Assembly: GCA_024277995.1 (NCBI GenBank)
Contig: JAJRUD010000058.1
Location: 1,410-65,409, forward strand
From: Chloroflexota bacterium
Lineage (GTDB): Bacteria; Chloroflexota; Anaerolineae; Anaerolineales; E44-bin32
Direction: 5' to 3'
Length of the DNA: 64,000 nucleotides
A program made the translations under genes and the position numbers. Below are positions 25,097 through 33,095 of this stretch, in pieces (position 1 is the first letter of the stretch; every line of letters starts with the position of its first letter). The notes beneath the pieces are model-generated. The model searched no databases. It was not told where the DNA came from and saw nothing but the letters and a program-made list of their open reading frames with translations.

Positions 25097-26233
25097 TCAG
25101 AGTGTCAGCTCCACGCCGTGACGGCGGGCATAGGCCTGAAATCTTGCAAGCAGTTCCCTGGCCCGATCTTCGACTTCCTCCGGCCGCAACAGCGGGCAGC
25201 GGTAGCCCAATTCCCTTTCCAGCCTATCGGCAGCCTCCTGCTGGAAAACCACGCTGCCGTCTTGCAGAACGGCTTCGATTCCATCGAAGACGTGCGAGCG
25301 CACGTTGATGGCCACGGCCTGGTCCTGGGATAGGTCGGCCGGCAGCGCCAGCTCCACCCGGCCTGCGCCGGCCAGCACTGGATATCCACCTGGCAATCCC
25401 TGCGGCCCCGGAGCGTGCAGCAGCTCCTGGCCATCGGAGAGCAGCGCCCGCACCAGCCGCACAACACATCCCGCCGTGAGGAAGTGGGTCGCCTCGCCTG
25501 AGGGGATGGGATAGCGGGTAAAGAGCAGCGCCTGCGCCTCCACCAGTGAGGTCACATCCCGCCCCCCCGCTTCGACGCGCAGATAGAAGGGCGGCCGCGG
25601 GCCGGGCAGACCCTCGAAGACATAGGGCTCCAGCGCGTGGTGGGCCACCAGGAACACCCGGACCTCCCCGATCGACAGGTCGAGGCGCTCCGCCGCCAGA
25701 TGCCGCACTTTGGGCACGATCTCGGCCAGGTTCCCCACGCCGCAGGTGGGGGCCAGGCCCAGGCGCTCCAACACACAATGGACCACGTCTGGGAATGAGG
25801 CGGCCACCACCGGGCCGCGATAGTCCGCCTCTCGCAGCGCGCGCATGAGCTTCAGCGTGAGGCTCAGATGCACAGGCAGCCAGGGGCCGAAGCCGGCCGC
25901 CTTGAGGTGCCGCGCCGCATCAGGCGGCAACATATCGGGCAGGCGCCAGGTCGCCATGCTGGCGGTGCTCAGGATTAGATCGGGCCTTTCGGATCGCAGC
26001 GCCTGGTACAGGCTTTCCGGACGGTCCAGGTCCAGCTCCCGAAAGCGGATGTGCGTCTGGCTGCCCTCAGCCAGGGCGCCCAGCCGCGCCAGATTGCAGC
26101 GAGCCGCGCCGCGCGCCGCATCTCTGCCGGCAGCGACGATCTCCGCCACCCCACCGCTACGCGCCAGCAGCTCCAGGACCACGCTCCCCAGGCCGCCCAA
26201 CCCGATCAAGAGAACCTTGCGACCCTCTTCCAC
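25097..26233 (-). CDS. saccharopine-dehydrogenase-like NAD(P)-binding oxidoreductase
   Basis: Listed ORF 25097..26956 trimmed to the GTG at 26231-26233, 2 nt after the upstream TAG. (M)EEGRKVLLIGLGGLGSVVLELLARSGGVAEIVAAGRD is a Rossmann fold at the extreme N-terminus. The upstream part of the listed ORF overlaps the hydrolase gene out of frame. Confidence 0.75.
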   Translation of the reverse strand: MEEGRKVLLIGLGGLGSVVLELLARSGGVAEIVAAGRDAARGAARCNLARLGALAEGSQTHIRFRELDLDRPESLYQALRSERPDLILSTASMATWRLPDMLPPDAARHLKAAGFGPWLPVHLSLTLKLMRALREADYRGPVVAASFPDVVHCVLERLGLAPTCGVGNLAEIVPKVRHLAAERLDLSIGEVRVFLVAHHALEPYVFEGLPGPRPPFYLRVEAGGRDVTSLVEAQALLFTRYPIPSGEATHFLTAGCVVRLVRALLSDGQELLHAPGPQGLPGGYPVLAGAGRVELALPADLSQDQAVAINVRSHVFDGIEAVLQDGSVVFQQEAADRLERELGYRCPLLRPEEVEDRARELLARFQAYARRHGVELTL

Positions 26234-26235
26234 GC

Positions 26236-27237
26236 CTAGGGAACCCCCTGCTGCAGAAGCCAGCGCTGAATGCGTTCGGCGATCTCCGCATGCCGGGTCT
26301 CCATCATCAGGTTGTGTCCGGCGCCGGGGACCAGGGCATAATCCGCCCCGTAATACGCCGCCGAACGCCGTTGTGCCGCCTCGGAGATCAGCCGGTCGCG
26401 CTGCGCGGCCATCCACAATATGGGGATTGAGACCTGGCGGGGCGGAGTCCAGAAGGGAGGGTTGTGTTGGAAGAGCACCAGTGCCGATTCCGATCCGAGC
26501 CGCCGGTACAGGTCCTGGGGGCTGATGGCGGCTCTCGGGCCGAGCAGGGCCCGCGCGGCACTTTGCGGGCTGCGCACGAAACTGCGCGCGTCCCAGTCGA
26601 TCATCATGCGCAGCAGTATGCTGGCGTCCAGGCGCAGCACGTTGGGGACTCCGTCCAGCAGGATGCTGTGTGAAGGCCACGGGGCCAGCAGCACTGCGGC
26701 CGGCAGGTCCTGGCCAACGTACTTCAAGTACCATTCGATGAGCGCTCCACCCATGCTGTGCCCCATAAGAACCGGTCGGCGCGGCAGGCGCTGCACCTGC
26801 TCTTTGACAAAGCCCAGATAGTAATCCAGCGTGCACCGAGCCAGAGGGCGCTGCCCGGGAGAACCACCGTGCCCGGGAAGGCTGAAGGCGTGCGAAGACC
26901 ACCCCCAGCGGGCAAAGAGCTCCTGCCAGGGCGCCCAACACCAGGCGGCGTGCCACATCCCATGGATCATGAGCAGGGGCGTCTCATGCTCGGGTTCCAG
27001 GGGTGTGTAGGAGACACGCTCGATGCCGGATTCCACCGCTCGGCGGACGCCGTAGCCCTCGCCTTCCTCCTCCCGCAGGCCGACGGTCCTTTCCGGTAGC
27101 CGGCTGCCATGCCTGCGCAGGCTTTCTTGAACGTCGATGCCGACCAGCACAGCGATCAGCCAGGCGAGCTGAGCCGCGAAGTACCCGGCACCCAACCCAA
27201 CCGCCATGCCCAAGAGACTTTTGCCTCGGCGCCTCAT
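26236..27237 (-). CDS. alpha/beta-hydrolase with N-terminal membrane anchor
   Basis: N-terminal helix LLGMAVGLGAGYFAAQLAWLIAVLVGI. LMIHGMWHAAWCW; nucleophile elbow MGHSMGG; C-terminal ...VPGAGHNLM. Confidence 0.85.
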   Translation of the reverse strand: MRRRGKSLLGMAVGLGAGYFAAQLAWLIAVLVGIDVQESLRRHGSRLPERTVGLREEEGEGYGVRRAVESGIERVSYTPLEPEHETPLLMIHGMWHAAWCWAPWQELFARWGWSSHAFSLPGHGGSPGQRPLARCTLDYYLGFVKEQVQRLPRRPVLMGHSMGGALIEWYLKYVGQDLPAAVLLAPWPSHSILLDGVPNVLRLDASILLRMMIDWDARSFVRSPQSAARALLGPRAAISPQDLYRRLGSESALVLFQHNPPFWTPPRQVSIPILWMAAQRDRLISEAAQRRSAAYYGADYALVPGAGHNLMMETRHAEIAERIQRWLLQQGVP

Positions 27238-27267
27238 GAAGGGTTCCCTCCTTGTGGACTCCCCTGA

Positions 27268-28155
27268 TCATGTCTGGTCGCGATACGACCAATCCCAGAA
27301 CCAGTAGGCCAGCCCCTTCCACTGCCTCCAGCGCTCGAAGGCCGCCTCGACCTCGGCCCGTCCAACCGGTGCGCCGCCGTACCACTCATGAGAAACCAAC
27401 TTGACCGCCCACGAATCGATCGCTACGAAATCATGGCGCCCCAGCAACATGAGCAGGTTCGCCGCCGCGTAGCCGCCTACGCCCTTGATCGCCAGCAGGC
27501 GCTTGCGCAGATCCTGCGTTGGAGATTCGCTCGTCTTGAGCGATTCCAGGTCAAGGGCGCCGGAGGCTACAGCGCGCGCCAGTTCCAGTACGTATGGCGC
27601 CCGATAGCCCAGTCGGGCTGCGGAACGCAACATGTCCTCATCCGTCGTAGCCAACTGCCCCGGCGTCGGAAACGCATGGCGCTCCGGGTCAGTATGCAGA
27701 GGCGTCCCGAACCTGGAGACCAGCGCCTCGACCATGCGGATGGTGCCTGTCCACGTAGTGTTGGTCGTCAGGATGGTCTTGACCACGTCCTCGAAGAGCG
27801 TCGGACAGCGAAGAAGACGCCCCTGGGCCTGCTCCTCCACTTGATTCAGTTTCGGCTCATCCTTCGCCAGATCGTAGAAAACGGAGAAGTCCTGCTCCAG
27901 CCTCAACATCCACGACACCTTGGCCGCTACCTCGCTGCGCTCTGGCTCGCTCAATCCTCCTTCGATCTCTATCGTTACGCCGTCCCCGGCCTCATTTATG
28001 ACCATTTCAACCACGCGACCGGTCCGCAAGAGATCGACGTAAGTGAGCACAGCGTGGTCAGCATCGAAGGAGAAAGGGGCCAGCCGCGCCCAGCCATGCG
28101 ACTGCACGACGGCCCGCAATGCGAAGGGGGGACGCGCAGACAGGGTCAATCGCAC
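27268..28155 (-). CDS. HhH-GPD DNA glycosylase (AlkA / 3-methyladenine DNA glycosylase II-like)
   Basis: AlkA-like N-terminal domain, then TILTTNTTWTGTIRM, the HhH motif LLAIKGVGGYAAANLLML, and the catalytic-Asp context DFVAIDSWAV. GTG start. Confidence 0.8.
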   Translation of the reverse strand: MRLTLSARPPFALRAVVQSHGWARLAPFSFDADHAVLTYVDLLRTGRVVEMVINEAGDGVTIEIEGGLSEPERSEVAAKVSWMLRLEQDFSVFYDLAKDEPKLNQVEEQAQGRLLRCPTLFEDVVKTILTTNTTWTGTIRMVEALVSRFGTPLHTDPERHAFPTPGQLATTDEDMLRSAARLGYRAPYVLELARAVASGALDLESLKTSESPTQDLRKRLLAIKGVGGYAAANLLMLLGRHDFVAIDSWAVKLVSHEWYGGAPVGRAEVEAAFERWRQWKGLAYWFWDWSYRDQT

Positions 28156-28309
28156 AGCGACGCTCCGGACCGATGCCGAAGAGCTGCTGTCGCGGACGAA
28201 GTCGGCCTGACGTATCTCATGGGCGTCATTGCAGGCGTGCTTCGACGAAGGGTGTGGTCATGGCGCTCCAGCACGGCGTGGCCTATCCGGTGCGCGATCT
28301 GAAGCAGCC

Positions 28310-28750
28310 TTATCCGGGAGAGACATCCCGTTGGAGCGTTCCATCCACCCGAATGATGGCAAATGTTCCGCTGGCTCGGGCGATCAGATGCTCGCCCTCT
28401 CTGATCTCCGATTCCAGGAAGGCGACCCGCTTCCCCTTGTGGATGACCTTGGATAGGCACTGCAGGCTTCCTGAGGACACCGGACGCATATAGGCGATGG
28501 TGATTTCCAGCGTCGTGCATTGCTCCCCTTGATTCAAGATCGAGTACAGGGCGCCCCCCATGCCGGTGTCGGCCATCGAATACAGCACGCCGCCGTGAAG
28601 CATGCCGTAGGGATTGAGCAGGTGCGGTCCAACCTGCAGGGAGCAGGTGCTCTCCCCCGCATCGCAGCGCGAGAATTCCAGCCCCAGCAACTCACCAAAG
28701 GGATTGCTCCCGGCGTAGTCTTGCGGCACGCCGCCAGGTTTCTCCATCAT
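28310..28750 (-). CDS. PaaI-family hotdog-fold thioesterase
   Basis: Trimmed to the ATG at 28748-28750. NPFGELLGLEF...LNPYGMLHGGVLYSMADTGMGGALYS...KVIHKGKRVAFLESEI. Confidence 0.85.
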   Translation of the reverse strand: MMEKPGGVPQDYAGSNPFGELLGLEFSRCDAGESTCSLQVGPHLLNPYGMLHGGVLYSMADTGMGGALYSILNQGEQCTTLEITIAYMRPVSSGSLQCLSKVIHKGKRVAFLESEIREGEHLIARASGTFAIIRVDGTLQRDVSPG

Positions 28751-28887
28751 ATGACCCCACATTCTGCCCTGCCGCCACGGCGCGCGACAGGGAAGAGAGG
28801 AATATATCAGCACCCTTAGTTTGGCTGATAACTTGCTGCGCCGCAAGCGCGTCATGCGCCGGAAAGCTGGGAAAGGAAGGCGCCCGC

Positions 28888-29097
28888 CTACCAGTTCGCC
28901 AGGCGCCGAGAAAGATCAGTGATCGGGAGCCTTAGTCCGGGGGGGGGCGATTCTATGCGGCGCCCATCCCGCTCGTCGAAAAAGTGGAGATGCTCGAGGC
29001 GCGTGCCCAGCACGACCTGGCTGTCCGCCTCAGGCCGGCTGGGAAGCTGACAGCGCCCGGCGATCAGGATCCCCCCTGGCAACTGGGCCAATGCCAC
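28888..29097 (-). pseudogene. possible remnant of the C-terminal end of a MalK/UgpC-type ABC ATPase
   Basis: The 69-aa ORF contains ...QVVLGTRLEHLHFFDERDGRRIE. This resembles the C-terminal strands of the two intact ATPases in this window (DRIHLFDRDTGRAIR; AFLFDQVSGRRIL). There is no ATPase N-terminal part upstream. It contains a C9 run on its strand and overlaps the 3' end of the next gene by 34 nt. Confidence 0.3.
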
Positions 29098-30740
29098 ACC
29101 ATGATCGTGCCGGAGGCCGTCTCGCGGCGCAAAATCTCGCGCTCACGGCACACCTCGATCCCGGCCCGCGGGCCGGTGCTCAGCACCGGCAGGGGGACGA
29201 GCAGCGTCCAGCGCGCATACGTCTCAGGGGCATCGCCGTAGAAGATCAAGTAATCAACCCCTCGATCGGAGAGATAGCTCTCGAGCGCATCCTCGCGCAC
29301 AGCCTGCAGGACCCTCCCGTCGTCCATCAACCCTTCCAGCTGCACCACCTCACCCGGGTAGAAATAGGCGAAGCTCCCCGCTCTGTCCCCCATCGCAATC
29401 CGCGCCGACCCATCCAGGCCATTCATATCCGTCGCGATCTTGTAGTTCTCGTAGGGGATGGCCCCCTCGAAGAGGTTGTTCTTCCAATAGCCCCAGCGCA
29501 GCGCGATGACCCCGATCTCAACCGCGAACAGGACGACCACGACGGCGCTGATCGCACGCAGCAGGTTGCGAAAGCCGTTAGACCGATTCAATCGACTCTC
29601 GACACCCTCAATCGCCTCGGGCAGGAGATAGATGGCGGCCAGAATGGCCGGGTATGCGTACCATTCCCACAAGACCCAGGAAGTGCGCAACAGGTAGTAA
29701 GCCACAAAGATCAGAAAAAAGGCCCCCACGGCGAAGGCCGGCGTGGCCCACACGGCGGCATCGCGCTGGCGGAAGGCCAGTGCAGCACGATGGGCCACGA
29801 ACACCAGCGAGAGGACCAGCATCCCCGAGAAGACGCCCCAGGTACCGAACAACTCGCCCCCCGAACGAAAGCGCACCAGCTGCTCGAGCATCCGCACGTT
29901 GAGGCCGATTCCCTGCATCGCCTTCACCTGCCCCGATACCGGCATTGGATTGCCGAAACGCATCCAGTTGACGCCCGCGTAGGCCGCCGCCGCCAGGACA
30001 GGAGGCGCGCCCAGCAGAAGCAGCTTCCTCAGGCGCCTCCCCGCCCCTTCAGCGCCCCGACCGGCAGCCCAGACCATGGCCAGCACGACACCCGCGAAGA
30101 GGACGGCGTCTGATCGGGCCAACTCGACCAGAGCCAGGCCGAGGCCCAACAGAAGCAAGCGTCCATCCGACACGTCCGATCCCGACCAGGGGGGCATTCG
30201 GCCGAACGCGTTCAAGACGACGATCATCATGAACAACAGCAGCGAGATCTCCATGCCGGTGCCGGCGAGCTCCGTCATGTAGCGCAAAGACAACGCGGCC
30301 ACCATGTAGTACGCCAGGCTCGAATGGCGGGCGCCGACGTAGCGCAGGCCAAGCGAGACCGTCGCGCCGAAAAGGAGCGTCGAGAGGGCGCCGATCACCC
30401 GCAGGGCGGTGATCTGATCGACCCCGAAGCGATACACCGGCACCAGGATCGCCATCCACAGGGGATGAAAACCGTTGGTGGGGGTCTGGCCGTCGAAGGT
30501 GAACAGGCCGATGCGAGCCGCGTTGTGCGCGATGCGATAGTAGTAGAAAGCGTCATCGGAGAAGCGGCTCAGCAGCGGGGCCACCTGCGCCGTGGCGTAG
30601 CTCTCGAGGCTGAGCGCGATGTGCAGGACCAGGGCGACCTGCGGGAACAGCCTGACGGCCGCCCTCGCCCACGCCCTGGCTTTCCCGTTCGCGCCGGCGC
30701 GTGCAGGGGGGTCAGATAGCATGGCGTGGCTTCCCCGCAT
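29064..30740 (-). CDS. large polytopic membrane protein, GT-C-like glycosyltransferase candidate
   Basis: 558 aa with more than 10 hydrophobic helices. An early loop motif SRFSDDAFYYYRIAHNAARIGLFTFDGQTPTNGFHPLWM is reminiscent of the GT-C first-loop acidic motif. Soluble C-terminal domain. Start is uncertain (ATG at 30740 or 30722). Confidence 0.7.
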   Translation of the reverse strand: MRGSHAMLSDPPARAGANGKARAWARAAVRLFPQVALVLHIALSLESYATAQVAPLLSRFSDDAFYYYRIAHNAARIGLFTFDGQTPTNGFHPLWMAILVPVYRFGVDQITALRVIGALSTLLFGATVSLGLRYVGARHSSLAYYMVAALSLRYMTELAGTGMEISLLLFMMIVVLNAFGRMPPWSGSDVSDGRLLLLGLGLALVELARSDAVLFAGVVLAMVWAAGRGAEGAGRRLRKLLLLGAPPVLAAAAYAGVNWMRFGNPMPVSGQVKAMQGIGLNVRMLEQLVRFRSGGELFGTWGVFSGMLVLSLVFVAHRAALAFRQRDAAVWATPAFAVGAFFLIFVAYYLLRTSWVLWEWYAYPAILAAIYLLPEAIEGVESRLNRSNGFRNLLRAISAVVVVLFAVEIGVIALRWGYWKNNLFEGAIPYENYKIATDMNGLDGSARIAMGDRAGSFAYFYPGEVVQLEGLMDDGRVLQAVREDALESYLSDRGVDYLIFYGDAPETYARWTLLVPLPVLSTGPRAGIEVCREREILRRETASGTIMVWHWPSCQGGS

Positions 30741-30818
30741 GGATGGACATGGTGATTATCCTACTCAAAAGGCCCACGCGGGGAAAGCCGGGGCCACCCA
30801 GTCGCTCGTGCGGCACGG

Positions 30819-31469
30819 CTATGCACGTCGGTCCGCCGTACCCCTCTCGCCCAACAGCACCATCACCGTCCCGGCCACGATCAGCAGGCCCGCCAGCCAC
30901 CCCAGCAAATATCCCGCAGCGCCGCGATCATAGGCCCCGATCCAGGCGGCCAGCGGATAGATGGGGAAGTGGACAACCTGCTGCACGATCGACAACCCAA
31001 AGCGCGACGCCAGGCTGGCCATCGCCAATCCGGCGTATAGGGCTTCCCAATGCGAGAATCCGGCCGTGGTCTCCAGCCAGCCGATCAAGGGTCGAACGAG
31101 CCACAGGCACAGACCCAGGCCGATCAGAAAGGCGACGATCCAGAGGGCGCTTTACAGCATGCTGGAAATTGAGCCCCAGATCGATGAGACCCTCCCAACG
31201 TACCGGGGACCCCAATTGAGGGAGGGCAGCAGGTCCGACAGCATACGAACGAGACTGATCAGGTCCAGCAAGGGACCCACCAGGATTGCCGCAAGAACCA
31301 ACCTCACGGCCATTCTCGCTCTGTGTGACTCGCCCCGGTCGGATTGGATTAATCCGGCCAATGCATTGGCCAGCGGCTTCTCAATCCTGCCGGCTATCCA
31401 CAGTGCCGGGATGAAGGTTAGCAGCGAAAGGAGCCCCAGGATTGTGTCCAGGATGTGCGCCCAGAACAT
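30819..31469 (-). pseudogene. small polytopic membrane protein interrupted by one in-frame TAA (31152-31154)
   Basis: Listed ORFs 31152..31535 and 30819..31088 are in the same frame (66 nt apart). The 21 codons after the TAA read SALWIVAFLIGLGLCLWLVRPL, a TM-like helix with no start codon. The likely true start is the ATG at 31467-31469 (MFWAHILDTILGLLSLLTFIPALWIAG), which has GAGGAGGG upstream. Confidence 0.55.
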
Positions 31470-31531
31470 CGTACCCTCCTCGGCGCGCTGTGCGCCATCC
31501 GTGCGACACGTCAGCGTAATGCAGCGGGAAC

Positions 31532-31976
31532 TCAACGACCTGCTTTCAGCAGCTCCCGCAGCCTGGCCGCGAACTCTTCTCCCCTCTCTGTCTTGACGGC
31601 TTCCAATTCGAGGCTTTTCCCGCCGCGCAACTCGAGGCTCAAACGGTCGCCCAGCATACCCCGCTCGAATGGCACGTCATCGATCTTGCTCAGCTCGATA
31701 CGGCCCAGGACCTTACTTCGGCTTGTCCGACAGCGCCGACCGCTCCCACAGGATGATCCGCTGATCGGTCAGGCCCAATGCCATCTGTTGCGAGAAGGCG
31801 ATGCCCGCCTGGTGCGCCTGTTCCTGCCCGGCCTCCATGACCGCCGACCCCAGGGCCAGCCCTGCCATGCCGGCGGCGCCCGCGGCGAGACCGACCCCAA
31901 GCGCCGTGCCCTTCAGGTTGACACGCAGCCCCACCATCATTTCTTCCCCCGCTTCCAGACGCTCCCCCGCCAGCAC
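31532..31976 (-). pseudogene. hypothetical protein with PH-like C-terminus, apparently frameshifted near 31713
   Basis: The listed ORF 31713..31976 ends ...DQRIILWERSALSDKPK-TAA. A neighbouring frame continues directly with SKVLGRIELSKIDDVPFERGMLGDRLSLELRGGKSLELEAVKTERGEEFAARLRELLKAGR, with its stop at 31532-31534. That piece is under 60 aa, so it is not in the ORF track. Together the two pieces read as one domain. Confidence 0.45.
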
Positions 31977-32063
31977 GATCAGTGTCTTGGTGATCTTTCT
32001 CGTGAAGTCTCCAATGGGGGCTAAGTCCGATGAACCGCACTCTGCAGACCAGGGTCGCCGCCA

Positions 32064-32804
32064 CTACTCCTCGATCAGGCCGTGTCCTATCGCGCTTGCC
32101 ATAGCTCCACAGAGGGCCAGAACCCCCCCGATGATTCTCTTGCGTTTCCAAAAGGCGACCGCGCCGGCGACGGATAGCGCGACCCCCATCCAGCGGTTCA
32201 CCCTGCGCACGGCCTCATCGGCCTGCGGGACAGAACGCCCGTCCGCGACCAGGGCCCACTTCAGCGCTGCGCCGCCGTCGATGCCCGGCATGGGCAGCAT
32301 CGAGACGGTGCTCAGAAAGACGTTCGCTCCGACGGCCATATCCAGCACCTCTCTGGCCGCCGTCCCATCGCGTGCCGCGCAGCGCAGGCCGACGAGCGGT
32401 ATCAGCAGGGCGGCGTTGAACAACGGGCCTCCGAGGGCGCGCACGATGTGCTCCCGCGGGGTCACATCCTGATCGTTCAGATCGTAGTAGACCACGAGCG
32501 GCATGCCCCACGTAATACGCAGGGCATCCATCGGCTTGCCTATCAGGTGGGCGGCAACGGCGTGCGCCAGGTTATGCAGCCACTCCGAGCCCAGGGCGAC
32601 GGCCATGGTCATCAGGCCGACCCACAACCTCTGCCCCCACGTGCGCTGCGGCCTGCGCTTTCCAGCCAACCAGGCCATGATGCCCCAGGCGCCGAATTGC
32701 GCGACGGGCAGCCACGTGCGGCCGCGGACCACCAGCGGAGTCTCGAACACGTGACCGATCACGGTCACTTCGTCTCCCGGCCTCACCGCGGGTGGTTTCT
32801 TCAT
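32064..32804 (-). CDS. site-2-protease (peptidase M50)-like membrane protein with HNLAH in place of HExxH
   Basis: TM helices. GSEWLHNLAHAVAAHL lies at the position of the HExxH helix, and the second motif is conserved (NVFLSTVSMLPMPGIDGG). Start chosen at the ATG at 32802-32804; the listed start at 32840 is a TTG. Confidence 0.7.
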   Translation of the reverse strand: MKKPPAVRPGDEVTVIGHVFETPLVVRGRTWLPVAQFGAWGIMAWLAGKRRPQRTWGQRLWVGLMTMAVALGSEWLHNLAHAVAAHLIGKPMDALRITWGMPLVVYYDLNDQDVTPREHIVRALGGPLFNAALLIPLVGLRCAARDGTAAREVLDMAVGANVFLSTVSMLPMPGIDGGAALKWALVADGRSVPQADEAVRRVNRWMGVALSVAGAVAFWKRKRIIGGVLALCGAMASAIGHGLIEE

Positions 32805-33095
32805 CCTGGTGGCATCCCACCGGGCGAGGGATGATCCCAAGGTGAGCAGAGATCGGCCTCGGCCTCCGGCGCCGAGTCACATCCCGCCTGTGCAAAGTAA
32901 CTCACTGAACACCCTCCATACTCATCTGCCATCAATCGAGCACCAGTCCATGCCGCCGATGGAATTGGACCTGGATCGCCTCGTTTCTCTCTCAAATCGT
33001 CTCCCGCCATCTGGCAGGCGCGCCGCACCGCCCATGGCGTTCACATTCTAGAACATCGGCGATCGTTCCCGCCAGTTCAGATGCGCCGGAAATCA

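Noticed and set aside
30819-31088. Treating 30819..31088 as an independent 89-aa gene starting at a TTG
   Set aside because: There is no Shine-Dalgarno before the TTG. The 21 codons upstream, in frame, form a hydrophobic helix contiguous with it. It is better explained as the downstream part of the TAA-interrupted gene. I keep this as an alternative.
31974-32066. The M50-like gene and the downstream ORF (31713..31976) are in the same frame, separated by a TAG at 32064. This raised the possibility of read-through or a fifth in-frame stop.
   Set aside because: The roughly 29 codons after the TAG begin WRRPWSAECGSSD, which does not look like coding sequence. The M50-like protein ends plausibly after its last TM helix. 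Same-frame coincidence has a 1-in-3 prior.
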